From Verrucomicrobiales bacterium (GTDB lineage Bacteria > Verrucomicrobiota > Verrucomicrobiia > Verrucomicrobiales > DEV007): DNA of 49,170 nt. Numbering within the stretch: the first letter of the stretch is position 1; every line of letters starts with the position of its first letter. The translations under genes were made by a program, and so were the position numbers. The DNA is taken from NCBI GenBank assembly GCA_020852405.1, contig JADZAX010000575.1:1-49170 (forward strand), written 5' to 3'. The notes below the pieces were generated by a model. That model saw only the letters and a list, made by a program, of their open reading frames with translations, was not told where the DNA came from and made no database searches. This document shows, piece by piece, positions 19,404 through 29,600 of the stretch.

Positions 19404-19438
19404 AAAAAGGGGCGGCACCTTTTTACGGTGCACGCCCC
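19404..19438 (-). terminator. Intrinsic terminator downstream of the LRR/cytochrome-motif gene
   Basis: The minus strand reads GGGGCG-T-GCACC GTAAAAA GGTGC-CGCCCC TTTTTCG. This is an 11-bp stem with one bulge followed by a T-run, about 40 nt past the stop at 19478. Confidence 0.5.
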
Positions 19439-19477
19439 TAATGGACCGAATCCAATGGATCGGCTTAAAAACAGCCC

Positions 19478-20767
19478 TTACTTTTTAGGTTCCGGTGGCG
19501 TGGAGGCTTTCTTCAACTCATCAACCAACGACTGGGCCTGCTTGGCGGCGTTGGCGGCATTGGTCGCAGCCTTCTGTGCAACATCGGCAGCGGCCTTGGC
19601 ATCATTTGCGGCTTTCTGCGCATCGACAAGAACTTTGGCTGGATCCAGCTTGGCGGCAACCGGCGCCGCAGGCTTGGCGGGTGGTACCGGTGCTGGCACG
19701 GGTTTGGCCGGCGGGGTCGGGGGCGCTGGTTTCGCGGGCGCCGGGGCAGGCGCGACCGCAACCACTGGCGCTTCTTTCCAGCCGATATTGACGGCGAGAC
19801 CGGGCAGGGCGGCTTCGAGCTTTTTGGCACCGGCTTCCGTGACCTGGGTTTGCCAGAGGAAGATTTTTTTCAAATTCTTCAGGCCTGCCAGCTTCATGAC
19901 ACCGGCATCGGTTACTTTGGTGCCATAAAGATTGAGATACTCCAATTGGGCCAGGTTCTTCACCTGATCCAAGCCAGCGTCTGTGATGGCGGTGTTTTCC
20001 AAATGCAGTCGGGTCACACTTTTGAGACCACCCACGTTGGCAAGGCCGGCATCGGTGATTTTGGTCCGGGCGAGATCCACCCATTTGATTTGGTCGGCCA
20101 GAGGTTTGAGAGCCACCAGACCGTCATCTTTGAAGTCGGCCGCCACATTGAGTGCGCTGAAACGAAGATCACTGGTGTCCTGGGCAATCTGCATGAGCGA
20201 GGCTCCCGCCTTTTCGACAGCGGCAATGACAGGGGCGGCGGCCTTGATTTTGGCTTCGATTTGTTTGGGGTCCTCCTTAGGAGCAGCGGCGGAGGCCAGA
20301 GCGGCTTTGGGTGGATTTTTCAGGAGTTCTTCAATGGTCTTGATGAGCCCCTCCGCAGGCTTGGCATCGACCACTTTGAGATCCGCTTTGGCACCGGTCT
20401 GGATCCAGAGTTCCAAAAGCGCGATTTCTTCTTTCGTCAGTTGGGCCTCATCACTCGGAGGCATGTGCTCGTCATCGTCCCCGGGCAGGTGGACACGTTC
20501 CATGGCGAGGGAACCTTTGGCATCCCCGGCTTTGATGGCGGCGCCGTCTCCTCCTCCTTTCAGAATGGCCTCGAGGGAATCCATGCGGAGTTTGCCTTTC
20601 TGCTTGTCCGCGCCATGGCAACTAACGCATTTGGATGCGATCACCGGAGCGACGACATCTTTGTAAAGCTGGGCATCTTTCAGTTCCACGGCGGAAGCGG
20701 AAGAAAAGGAAAGTGCTCCAGCCATGGAAACACTGGTAAAGAGTAGGGTTCGAAGAGAGGTCGTCAT
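19478..20767 (-). CDS. Secreted protein: planctomycete-type cytochrome c motif (PSCyt1-like) + leucine-rich repeats + Pro/Ala-rich C-terminal tail
   Basis: ORF 19478..20827. ATG 20767 gives MTTSLRTLLFTSVSMAGALSFSSASA. Motif KCVSCHGADKQKGKLRMDS...HMPP. LRRs: LNVAADF...VDLARTKITDAGLANVGGLKSVTRLHLENTAITDAGLDQVKNLAQLEYLNLYGTKVTDAGV. Tail: PAPAPAKPAPPTPPAKPVPAPVPPAKPAAP, then an Ala-rich helix. Confidence 0.8.
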   Translation of the reverse strand: MTTSLRTLLFTSVSMAGALSFSSASAVELKDAQLYKDVVAPVIASKCVSCHGADKQKGKLRMDSLEAILKGGGDGAAIKAGDAKGSLAMERVHLPGDDDEHMPPSDEAQLTKEEIALLELWIQTGAKADLKVVDAKPAEGLIKTIEELLKNPPKAALASAAAPKEDPKQIEAKIKAAAPVIAAVEKAGASLMQIAQDTSDLRFSALNVAADFKDDGLVALKPLADQIKWVDLARTKITDAGLANVGGLKSVTRLHLENTAITDAGLDQVKNLAQLEYLNLYGTKVTDAGVMKLAGLKNLKKIFLWQTQVTEAGAKKLEAALPGLAVNIGWKEAPVVAVAPAPAPAKPAPPTPPAKPVPAPVPPAKPAAPVAAKLDPAKVLVDAQKAANDAKAAADVAQKAATNAANAAKQAQSLVDELKKASTPPEPKK

Positions 20768-20955
20768 GGCAGGCGGGTATTCAGGATGTATGAAGAAACC
20801 AGAAAAACAATAAGCATGCAGCCCCAAGAGGCAACCCGAAACCGATCCCGCAAACGCGGATAGCTGCCCCGAGGGAAGTCATCACCCGTTTTATGGCTTG
20901 CCAAAGCGGTCAAATCCCCTCCAAGGTGGCGCACTGTTTTGTTTCACTCCCACCC

Positions 20956-22389
20956 ATGAGCGACCCGATCCCCGACAATCCTTACGTCTTGAATGAGGCG
21001 GATATCACGGAGCCTCCCACCCATTGGCTGAAACGTCTTGGTTATGTGGGCCCCGGGTTCATCCTTTCCGCCAGCATCGTGGGCTCGGGAGAACTCATCA
21101 TGACCACTTCACTCGGAGCCAAAGCCGGCTTCGTCACCCTTTGGGTCGTGCTGCTCAGCTGCTTGGTGAAAGTGGCGGTGCAGTTGGAATTCGGCAAACA
21201 CGCCATCTACTCGGGCGACACCGCGTTCTCTGCTTTCAACAAGCTACCCGGACCACGATTAGGCAAAGCGAACTGGTCCATCTGGACCTTCCTGCTGCTC
21301 ATGATCCTGAAATTTTTCCAAGTGGGGGGCGTGATGGGAGGCATCGTTCTGGTGATGAAACTGGCGCTGCCGGGGGTCGGAGGATCGCTGGATTCCTGGC
21401 TCTGGTGCGGCGTGATCGGACTGTCGGTCTCTCTCCTGGTCTACCGGGGTTACTATGCCCCGATTGAAAAAGCCTCGATCGTGCTCATCGGCCTGTTCAC
21501 CCTGACGACACTGGCGGCGGTCTTTCTTCTGAGCAGAACACCATACGCGGTGTCATGGGCGGACATCGGCGGAGGGCTGACCTTTCATCTCCCGGCCGCC
21601 GCCGTCGCCGTGGCCATCGCAGCCTTTGGGATCACCGGAGTCGGCGGCGATGAGATCATCATGTACAATTACTGGCTCCTCGAAAAAGGCTATGCCGCCA
21701 AGACCGGCCCCCGTCGGGACACGGATGAGTGGGTTCACCGCGCCAAAGGTTGGATCCGCATCATGTATCTGGACGCCCTTCTGGCGATGGTCGGCTACAC
21801 CGTGGTGACGGCGGCCTTCTTCATCCTCGGGGCGGCGGTGCTGCACCGGCAAGGCGCCGATCCCGGAGGGACCGATCTTATCAAAACCCTGAGTTCCATG
21901 TATACCGAGACCCTGGGTCCTTGGGCGAGCGGTCTCTTCCTCGGCGGCGCCTTTGTGGTGCTCTACTCGACACTGCTTTCCGCCCTTGCGGGATGGTCCA
22001 GGCTTTTCACCGATGTTTTCGCCCAGATCGGGCTGCTTGATTTTAAAAATGGCCCCCAGCGCCGCCGCATCGTCGCCTGGATCGCCTGGGTGGTTCCGGT
22101 GCTCTGGGGTTTGCTTTATTTGAAGTTTGAAAATCCGGCTTACATGGTCAGTCTGGGAGGGATCGCCACCTCCGCCATTCTCCTGATTGTGGTTTACGCC
22201 GCGATCCACTTCCGCTACCGGCTCCTCCCCCACTCCCTGAAACCGACCCGATTGTATGATGTGGTCTTCTGGGTCAGCATCGTCTCCATTCTCATGGTCG
22301 GTGTTTACAGTTTCGTGCAGTCCCTGCCGAAGTCCCCGGCCACACCCGCGCCGGCCACCGCGACTGAGAAAGCCCCCGCCAAATCCTGA
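20956..22389 (+). CDS. NRAMP-fold (COG1914-like) transporter, divergent
   Basis: ORF 20893..22389, with ATG 20956 (MSDPIPDNPY). VGPGFILSASIVGSGELIMTTSLGAKAGFVTLWV aligns with the Nramp TM1 consensus GPGF..S.A..DPGN......GA..GF.LLWV. About 11 hydrophobic segments. Confidence 0.85.
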   Translation: MSDPIPDNPYVLNEADITEPPTHWLKRLGYVGPGFILSASIVGSGELIMTTSLGAKAGFVTLWVVLLSCLVKVAVQLEFGKHAIYSGDTAFSAFNKLPGPRLGKANWSIWTFLLLMILKFFQVGGVMGGIVLVMKLALPGVGGSLDSWLWCGVIGLSVSLLVYRGYYAPIEKASIVLIGLFTLTTLAAVFLLSRTPYAVSWADIGGGLTFHLPAAAVAVAIAAFGITGVGGDEIIMYNYWLLEKGYAAKTGPRRDTDEWVHRAKGWIRIMYLDALLAMVGYTVVTAAFFILGAAVLHRQGADPGGTDLIKTLSSMYTETLGPWASGLFLGGAFVVLYSTLLSALAGWSRLFTDVFAQIGLLDFKNGPQRRRIVAWIAWVVPVLWGLLYLKFENPAYMVSLGGIATSAILLIVVYAAIHFRYRLLPHSLKPTRLYDVVFWVSIVSILMVGVYSFVQSLPKSPATPAPATATEKAPAKS

Positions 22390-22395
22390 CGCCCC

Positions 22396-23199
22396 ATGAG
22401 CGGCCCCCTTCCCGCCGAGCTTGTCCTTTGCGCCGTCCAACTCGACATCGTCTGGGAGGATCCTCCCGCGAACTATGCCCGGGCCGAGGCCCTGCTCGCT
22501 CCGGTGATGCCTCCGCCGGGCTCCCTGATCGTCCTACCCGAGATGTTCGCCACCGGATTCAGCCAGAATGTGACGGCAACCGTCGAGCCCGAGCACGGTC
22601 CGACGGCGACCTGGCTGAGGGATCTCGCCCTGCGAAGCGGTTGCGCGGTGCTCGGCGGACTGGTCCGTCCCGGTCTGGAAGACGGCGCGATGGGGCGGAA
22701 CGAGCTGGTTGTTTACGCACCGGATGGCGCCGAGCTCGCCCGCTACCAAAAGATCCGAACCTTCCGTTACACCCGGGAGTTTCAGCACTACGAGCGGGGA
22801 AGACAGATTTCCCTCTTCGAGTGGGGGGGATTTCGGATCTGCCCTCTCATCTGCTATGACCTGCGGTTTCCAGAATTGTTCCGCCGCGGCGTTTCCCTGG
22901 GCGCGCAGATGTTCATCGTCATCGCCAGTTGGCCGGCGGTGCGGGAGGACCATTGGGTGACCCTGCTCCGCGCCCGGGCGATTGAGAATCTTGCCTATGT
23001 CCTCGGCGTGAACCGCGCCGGGAGCGATCCTTACCTCGACTACCCTGGACGGACCATCCTGATCGATCCTCACGGGACGGTCATTGCCGATGCAGGGGCG
23101 GAAGAAATTACCCTGACAGCTCCGGTGCGACATGATGTCGTGGAGGACTGGCGCCGGGAGTTCCCCGCCCTGATGGACATCTGTCTCGATGAGGTCTGA
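22396..23199 (+). CDS. Carbon-nitrogen hydrolase family protein (nitrilase/omega-amidase-like)
   Basis: 267 aa. Catalytic Glu in LIVLPEMF and catalytic Cys in ICPLICYDLRFPELFRR. The C-terminal AIENLAYVLGVNRAG block is typical of the family. Confidence 0.88.
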   Translation: MSGPLPAELVLCAVQLDIVWEDPPANYARAEALLAPVMPPPGSLIVLPEMFATGFSQNVTATVEPEHGPTATWLRDLALRSGCAVLGGLVRPGLEDGAMGRNELVVYAPDGAELARYQKIRTFRYTREFQHYERGRQISLFEWGGFRICPLICYDLRFPELFRRGVSLGAQMFIVIASWPAVREDHWVTLLRARAIENLAYVLGVNRAGSDPYLDYPGRTILIDPHGTVIADAGAEEITLTAPVRHDVVEDWRREFPALMDICLDEV

Positions 23200-23511
23200 G
23201 GTTGGCCGACCTCATCAGAGCAAAAGCAAAAGCCAGCCGGCAGCGTTGGGAACCCTCAAGAGGGGAGGGGAGAGTCCTCAAACATGCCGACTGGCTTTCA
23301 AATGGGGAAAGTTCAGTCTCCTGAGGCGCCCCTTCACGGCGGAAGCAGGAGCACTCTGGTTACAAGGGTTTGCCGTGGAATTTCCGCCTGTGACAAAAAA
23401 ATAGGCGTTCAAAAAGTATCGACTGGAATGGACCCTGCCGACTTTGGGTCGAAAATCCTTGCCCCGACAAACATCCCGGATCATGCTGGCATGCCAGATG
23501 GAGAAACTGAC

Positions 23512-24399
23512 ATGAAAACCAGCCCCTTGCTCACCATCCCCCCCTTGTTGCTGCTTCTTTTTTTCGCGGCGCCTTTGCTGCCGTCCCAGCAGGAGCCCGA
23601 AAAATCTCTCGGCACTTCCAATCAATTGGTTTCACTTGAAATCACCAACCCCGGCGGCATGGGAGTGGCCATCCTATGGGTGAATTTTGAAGGGCAGGAG
23701 CAGGATTTTGGAACGGTGCCGCCACAGGGAACAGCAACGTTACAGACCTACCAGGGGCATCTCTGGCATTTCAAACAGAATGGCAAACAGGTGTCCCGTT
23801 ACCGGGCCACTGCCGCGGTCCAGCAAGCGTGGACGATCGGGAGGGAAGCGACCGCGCCGAAAGGGGGCCCCCAAGAGCCTTCGGCTCCCGCGCCAGACCT
23901 GAAAGCAGCGGTTCCCTTTGCCGGTGCAGAAACAGGCTCGCATTTCACCAAGCAGCAGGCGAACGCTTTTGTCGCCTACCACAATGAGAAGCGTGCCGAG
24001 GTCGGGGTCGACAAGGTCACTTGGTCCACAGAACTCGCCCGCGAGGCGCAGGAATGGGCCGACCACATGGCGGAGACGGGAGAGTTCGAGCACCGTCCCC
24101 GCCAGGGAGCCAACGCCACGCAGCACGGAGAAAATCTCGCGGCGGGGTTCGGGGGCGGCTACGATGTCCTGAGTGGAGCCCGCGATTGGTATGGCGAAAA
24201 ACGGCTTTATGGGGATGGCTCGGCGGTGACGCAGACCTCCTACCTCAAGACAGGTCACTATACCCAGATGGTCTGGAGCCAGACCAGCGAGATCGGGGCG
24301 GGAGTGGCGGTGGGAAAACGCGGCCAACTCAAGGGATGGACGATCGTGGTCTGCAACTACAACCCTCCGGGGAACATGCTGGGTCAGAAGCCCTACTGA
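23512..24399 (+). CDS. Secreted VHL-beta-domain-like + CAP/SCP/PR-1 domain protein
   Basis: ORF 23284..24399. ATG 23512 gives MKTSPLLTIPPLLLLLFFAAPLLP. The N-terminal module ILWVNFEGQEQDFGTVPPQGTATLQTYQGHLWHFKQ closely resembles the human pVHL beta domain [36 protein letters not shown]. C-terminal CAP motifs: HNEKRAEVG, GENLA, GHYTQMVWSQTSEIG and VCNYNPPGN. Confidence 0.8.
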   Translation: MKTSPLLTIPPLLLLLFFAAPLLPSQQEPEKSLGTSNQLVSLEITNPGGMGVAILWVNFEGQEQDFGTVPPQGTATLQTYQGHLWHFKQNGKQVSRYRATAAVQQAWTIGREATAPKGGPQEPSAPAPDLKAAVPFAGAETGSHFTKQQANAFVAYHNEKRAEVGVDKVTWSTELAREAQEWADHMAETGEFEHRPRQGANATQHGENLAAGFGGGYDVLSGARDWYGEKRLYGDGSAVTQTSYLKTGHYTQMVWSQTSEIGAGVAVGKRGQLKGWTIVVCNYNPPGNMLGQKPY

Positions 24400-24995
24400 G
24401 CAGGCCCTGATCCAAGCAAACAGACCGTGCAACTGCGGGCGCCATGGGCGCCAATGACAAGGCATTGCTCGATGTCGGCGGTCTTAGAGGGACCGCAAAG
24501 AAACAGGCCGAAGCCCCCGGTGAGGGCGCCGATGCGCTCGTATGCGGCATGCATGGTGCCCACGAGGTTTTTGGCTTCCAGCACGATCAGCAAATGCTCG
24601 GCGACAAATGGCAACACCCGGTGAGGACCCAAAGCGGACTCATCCAGCCAGATCGCGCCGTTTTCGCACACTCCAAAACGGCCGGGGAGCACTGCGGTGT
24701 GAATCCCTTCCAGCTCATGGGGATCGCTCCTCGCGGCGAGATCAAAGGTCCCCTTCAGCTCCTCCACGGTGGAGGCGATCTGGCCACCGCTGGGAACGGT
24801 GCGGTCCAACCAACTTGAGGCATCCTTCAGGCTTGTCCCAGCAAACCAGGAGGCTCCCACCATTTCCAGCAAATCGGTAAATGTCCCCACCGTGACGGCT
24901 CCGGGAACCGCATGGAGAGGAGCAAGATCCGGCAGCGGGAGCGCCTCGGGCTGCGCAGACCGCACAGCCTGGAGGATGTCGGAACGGGATGTCAT
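24393..24995 (-). CDS. LUD domain protein (LutC/YkgG-like)
   Basis: 200 aa with an ATG confirmed at 24995. Blocks FGVCENGAIWLDES, LLIVLEAKNLVGTMHAAY and LCGPSKTADIEQCLVIGAHGARS match LUD-domain signatures (GPSrTaDIe). No lutA or lutB nearby. Confidence 0.75.
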   Translation of the reverse strand: MTSRSDILQAVRSAQPEALPLPDLAPLHAVPGAVTVGTFTDLLEMVGASWFAGTSLKDASSWLDRTVPSGGQIASTVEELKGTFDLAARSDPHELEGIHTAVLPGRFGVCENGAIWLDESALGPHRVLPFVAEHLLIVLEAKNLVGTMHAAYERIGALTGGFGLFLCGPSKTADIEQCLVIGAHGARSCTVCLLGSGPAQ

Positions 24996-25057
24996 GTCTG
25001 AAGGACCACCCTACATCCGATCGGACTCCGGCGAAAGTGTCAGCCCGAAACTTCGAA

Positions 25058-26662
25058 TCAGGCATTGGCCTGAATCATGATCTGGTCCCCCACCTTGGCA
25101 TCCCAGGCTCCCCAGGAATAACACTCTTCAATGGTGGGCAGACGGATCAGAGGATCCGCCTCGGACGCGATCCACGCCAGACGGACCCGGGCGATCCGGG
25201 TGGTACTGCCGGTCAGTTTGCCTCCAAATCCCAGACGGTCGAATTCGGAAGCTCTGAGGACCACTCTTTGCGGGAGGCCCCGATCGCGGGAGAGAGGCAG
25301 GGACAGGTAGACTTCGACAGCGGAGTCCGGCTTCCAAGGATTGTCGACATCCTCGAGCTCCGCCCCACGGCGCAGGATCAATGTTAAATCTTTCGGAGCC
25401 CCGGCATTGTCAGCCATGAACTGCTCCAAGGAATCGTCCGCAAGCTGATGATGGAGATGCCAGTCGAGCAGAAATGTCCCCGGAATGACCTCCACCACAC
25501 ACCACCGGAAATCTTTGTCGCTAGTGGACTCTCTCACATCAAACACACCAAACCACAGGCCCGATCCCGGGTCACGCATGCGGCCGACCCAATCGGCATG
25601 AGCGAGCACAGGCAGCTCTGCAAATCGCGCGTAGTAGGATTTCATGGCCGTTTCCACACCGGGGGATGGAATCACCGAGGACATGCGATCCAGGATGGTC
25701 CCGGCGACATAGAACTGCTCGAGCAATTTTCGGCCGGCTGCCTCCAAAACCTGCTCGGGAGACATGCCCGGGCTCAGCGGGAGAACACAGGGCTTGGTGA
25801 CCACCATGCCCTCGGCGGCTTGTCCCGAAGTCGGCAACGAAGCCGCGGGTCGGCTTATTTTATTGGGCATGAGCCACTCTTTCACGGCCGGATAAATGAC
25901 ATCCCGTTTCAACCATCCCAGGCATCCCAACGCACCCAGTATCAGAATGGTGAAGACTGCTTTGGTGACTCCCCTGCCGGTTGGCTGCGCCCTCCCGGAT
26001 GGAAAGTCTGAGGCCGGCAGGTATTCCGGACCGGACTTGACCACCGGCGGTGCCACGGCTTCCTGGGCCGGAGCCAAAGGCAACGTCACGTGGGGAAGCG
26101 GTTGAACCACCGCATGCACCGGAAATTGGGGTTCCCAACCGGGAGCCCGGGTTTCCGGATCCAAGGGCCCTGGAACCTTGAAGGAAGGTGGCGGATTGTG
26201 GGGAGGAAGCGGCAGGTGGTTGTCGAATTGGGAGGGGGCCGCTCCCGAAATGGAAGCATAACCTGCTTGCAGGGGAGGCACCGGGGAGGGCACCATCGCC
26301 GGAGGCGGCAGGACAGGAAAGGCATCCGGTTGTGATGAAGCCATCATCGGGGGAGCCTGATGGAGGGAAGGAGCAGGATTGGGTGGAACCGGCTCCATTT
26401 GCGGGGCCACAGTGTAAAACTGCGGGGTTCCCGACATGTCAAAACGCTCCCAAGCAATCACGGGAACCCTGCAATAAACACAAGATCCGGAGATTCCGAG
26501 GTGTTTCCGTTTCAACCGCAACGTGCCTCCACAGGCATAACAACCCACAAAAAGCTGCGTTTCGGCATCGCCCAATCCCGCGGAATCCAGCATGGGCTGG
26601 GGGGCCGCCGCCGCAGTCCAAGGACTGGCGGCAGGGGAAGCATTGGGTTCTTGGGGTCGCAT
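25058..26662 (-). CDS. Bitopic membrane protein: N-terminal C4 zinc ribbon, Pro-rich linker, TM, C-terminal domain of unknown function
   Basis: 534 aa, ATG at 26662. Zinc ribbon CYACGGTLRLKRKHLGISGSCVYCRVP (nt 26471-26542). Pro-rich region of about 150 aa. TM segment AVFTILILGALGCLGWL. I could not assign the roughly 290-aa C-terminal domain. Confidence 0.7.
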   Translation of the reverse strand: MRPQEPNASPAASPWTAAAAPQPMLDSAGLGDAETQLFVGCYACGGTLRLKRKHLGISGSCVYCRVPVIAWERFDMSGTPQFYTVAPQMEPVPPNPAPSLHQAPPMMASSQPDAFPVLPPPAMVPSPVPPLQAGYASISGAAPSQFDNHLPLPPHNPPPSFKVPGPLDPETRAPGWEPQFPVHAVVQPLPHVTLPLAPAQEAVAPPVVKSGPEYLPASDFPSGRAQPTGRGVTKAVFTILILGALGCLGWLKRDVIYPAVKEWLMPNKISRPAASLPTSGQAAEGMVVTKPCVLPLSPGMSPEQVLEAAGRKLLEQFYVAGTILDRMSSVIPSPGVETAMKSYYARFAELPVLAHADWVGRMRDPGSGLWFGVFDVRESTSDKDFRWCVVEVIPGTFLLDWHLHHQLADDSLEQFMADNAGAPKDLTLILRRGAELEDVDNPWKPDSAVEVYLSLPLSRDRGLPQRVVLRASEFDRLGFGGKLTGSTTRIARVRLAWIASEADPLIRLPTIEECYSWGAWDAKVGDQIMIQANA

Positions 26663-26698
26663 GGTCGTGCGAGGCTCCGGTAAGGAAAAGGGCAGGGC

Positions 26699-29600
26699 CT
26701 AAGGCACCGGTGGCAGATCAGAAGGTTGTGCGGCAGAAGTGGGGACACTTGGTGGCCCCGCAGAAGGTTCCACATGCTCCACAGGGGCAACGGATTTCCA
26801 AGGCCACCAGCTTTGTTGGGTCACCCAGGGCATCCAGAGGTCCTTTGTATAAAACCCCGCCGTGCTGGCACCACCGAAGAGCAGCACGAAGAGCACCAGA
26901 AAGACGACGCCCCCGCGCTTGGAAGGTGCCTTCTCCTGCGTTGCCGGACGGAAGGCAAAAAGCTCATCCTCCCCGGCCCCCGAAGTTTTCTGGGGTGCGG
27001 CTTCTTCCACCGGGGGAGCCACGGGGGGAAGTATGGGCAAGGGTTCCAAGCCCGGGTCCTCATCCTTGATGGTGGGTGAGGTCTCCGCAGCCGGGAGAGG
27101 GATGGGTTTGAATGACGCCAATCCCCCTCCGGGAAGTGGAAAGTCCTGAGGCGGTTCCAAGGCTTCCTCAACGTCATCAGGACTCTCGGCGGGTTGGCTG
27201 ATTTTGGTGACATTGGCCGCCCAATCGGAAAGCGCCTTTTCCCAGGGATCCTTTTGGACGGGGATTTCAACGGAAGCTGCCTGATGATCCCCACCGGAAG
27301 GAACTGCTGACGACGCCTCTTGGGAGGAATCATCAAGGGAGCCCGCTTTGCTTGGTGGCGTGGGAGAAGCAGCCACGTTGCCGCCGAATCCGCGGCCCCA
27401 GCCGGACTGGGGACCGAAGGAGGGCAGACCTTTCAGTAATGGGATACTTCCAGCAAGAGGGAGAGACTCCGTTTGCGGGGCTGGCGCCGGATCTTCGACG
27501 GGAGGAGCAATAGGCGCCGGGGGCGGGGAAATCGCAGAGGCACCCAACATTTGTTTCAAATCAAACGGAAGAGGCCTCGCAATCTCCTCGCCAGACATAC
27601 CCAATTTGGGAAGACCCGAATGACCCATCGGAGGGGTCGCCACAGAAGCTGCGGGCACTGACCCAAAACGGGCGGCCCATTTTGAAGTGACTTCCGGCGC
27701 ACCCTGAGTGTCAGAAACGGAAATGGCATCCAATGAGATCGGCCCAACGGGAGAAGCCGGTTCCGGACCGGACACGGCTTCCTCCGCCACAGCGTCAGGA
27801 AGCTGCGGGACTCCTTCTGGCACGAGGTCCAAGAAGCCCACCTTTGGATGAGTGTCATTGCCCTCATCATCCAGACCGTCAATGTTTGGCAACTTCACCC
27901 GCCAGGGGTTGATGAAGTCTTCCTGGATTTCCTCGGTTTTGGACGAATCCATCCCCGCGATCGGAAGGGAAAGTGCAGGTTGGGAAACCTGTCCGGTCAG
28001 GGACAAAGGAGCCGGAACCACCAAGGGAACAGACGGCTGGGCGGGAACCGCGAGGCTGGTCCCTCCGCGGAAAAATCGCTGCAGGATGACCTCGCCATCG
28101 TCCTCAATGGCGACGATGGGAGTCTCGCACCACACGCAACTGCCCTTCACTCCGAGATTGTCCCGACGCAGGTTCAAAGGCTGTTGGCACTCCGGACACA
28201 TCAAGTCCAGCACTTGAGGATCGGGAACATCCGCCGCCGAAGGTGTTTCCGCGGGGGCTGGCGGGGCTGGGATTTCATCCACCAAAAATGGACCTGGCGC
28301 GGCGGGAGGAGTGAGCAAGGTCTCCCCAAAACCACGGAGAGCCGCGCCTGCCGGGGAAGAGGAGGCCTTTGGAAATTCAGAAAAGGGCGATTCCTCCGTT
28401 GGCGAAGCGGAATCAGCGTCCTCCATTGCAGATTCGCCCTGAGGGGATTCGGTCAGAGGAGGACGACGATGGCGAGCCAAGGAAGCGAGCCACTGGCTGC
28501 GAGCCAGCAAATCATCGCCATGAGGAAGGGTCGGCACTTCCGCGGCCAGAGGTTCCAGCGGCACCGGAACTGTCTCAGCTTGATCTATGGATGTGGCCTT
28601 CGCAGATTCCTTTGCCGGAGGAGGAGGGGTCGTAAAGGACTCCCAAGTGCCGGACGATGGCACTATGGTTTGGTCCTGCGATTCAGCATCAGGAGGCAAG
28701 GGAGCCGCTGTGACGATGGGCGCGGCAATTCCCGGATTGAGGAGAGGAAGGGCCGCGAGAGCCGGACGCTTCCCGGAGAAAAGAGCAGTGGGCGCTTCCA
28801 TTTTCAGCCCGGAAGGTTGGGAAGACCCCGATCCTGAAAGCTTGGGCATCGCCAGCAAGGCCTCAAGAGGGCTGAGTTTCTTCGGAATCACCGTCCCGTC
28901 TGCCGGCTCAGTCGGAGAAAACTTCAACGCAGGCGCAGCCACGGTCGGTTCTGAAGGAACCATGGGAGGCGGAGAGGTTGGAAGGATCCCGGTTGGCGCT
29001 TCCGGTGAAGGCGCTTCTGGTGAAGGCGCTTCTGGCGTTAGCAATACCGGGGTTGGCGCTTGGACCGTCACCGGCAAAGAAGGGAAGGCGGGCACCGGTG
29101 GAGAAGCGATCTGGGCAGAGGCAGGCCGCGCTCTGGCGCTGATCACCGGCTCCTTGGAACCCAACAAATTCACAGCCAATGGCAAAGGAACACCAAGCTG
29201 AATTGGACCACCTGAAGTGACGGATGGCGCCATCGGAAAGTCAGCAGGAAGAGGAGGAGGCCCCGGTTCTGCCGGAATGGGGACTTCTGTCGATCCTTCA
29301 GATGTGGCCGGAACAGGGATATCTGCCATTACGTTGGTGAGTTCCGGAGAAGGCGTCGAAAACGCTGTCCCCGTCGGCACCGGAATGGGATGTGGATCTT
29401 CCTTGCTTGAGGCATCGGAGTTGGTGGGGGAAGAAAAATCGCCTGAATTCGCCTCGGGCGAAAGGCGCTGGGCGACCATCCCCCATGACAGATCATCGAC
29501 ATTGGCGATGTCGAATCGGACTTCGGGTCCCACAGTGACAAGCCGGGGCGATTCCTGCATGATGGCTGGCTGGGGAGCGGGGGTAAAGTTTCCTACGGCT

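Noticed and set aside
20828-20955. Metal-sensing (yybP-ykoY-type) riboswitch upstream of the NRAMP-fold gene
   Set aside because: I could not find the conserved helices or loops of that riboswitch by eye. The leader is short and has no obvious terminator or antiterminator. A covariance-model scan (Rfam/cmscan) would be needed to exclude it formally.
28995-29039. CRISPR-like repeat
   Set aside because: The units are 15 bp, directly tandem without spacers, and in frame inside a coding region (PEAPS repeats). No cas genes are present in the window.
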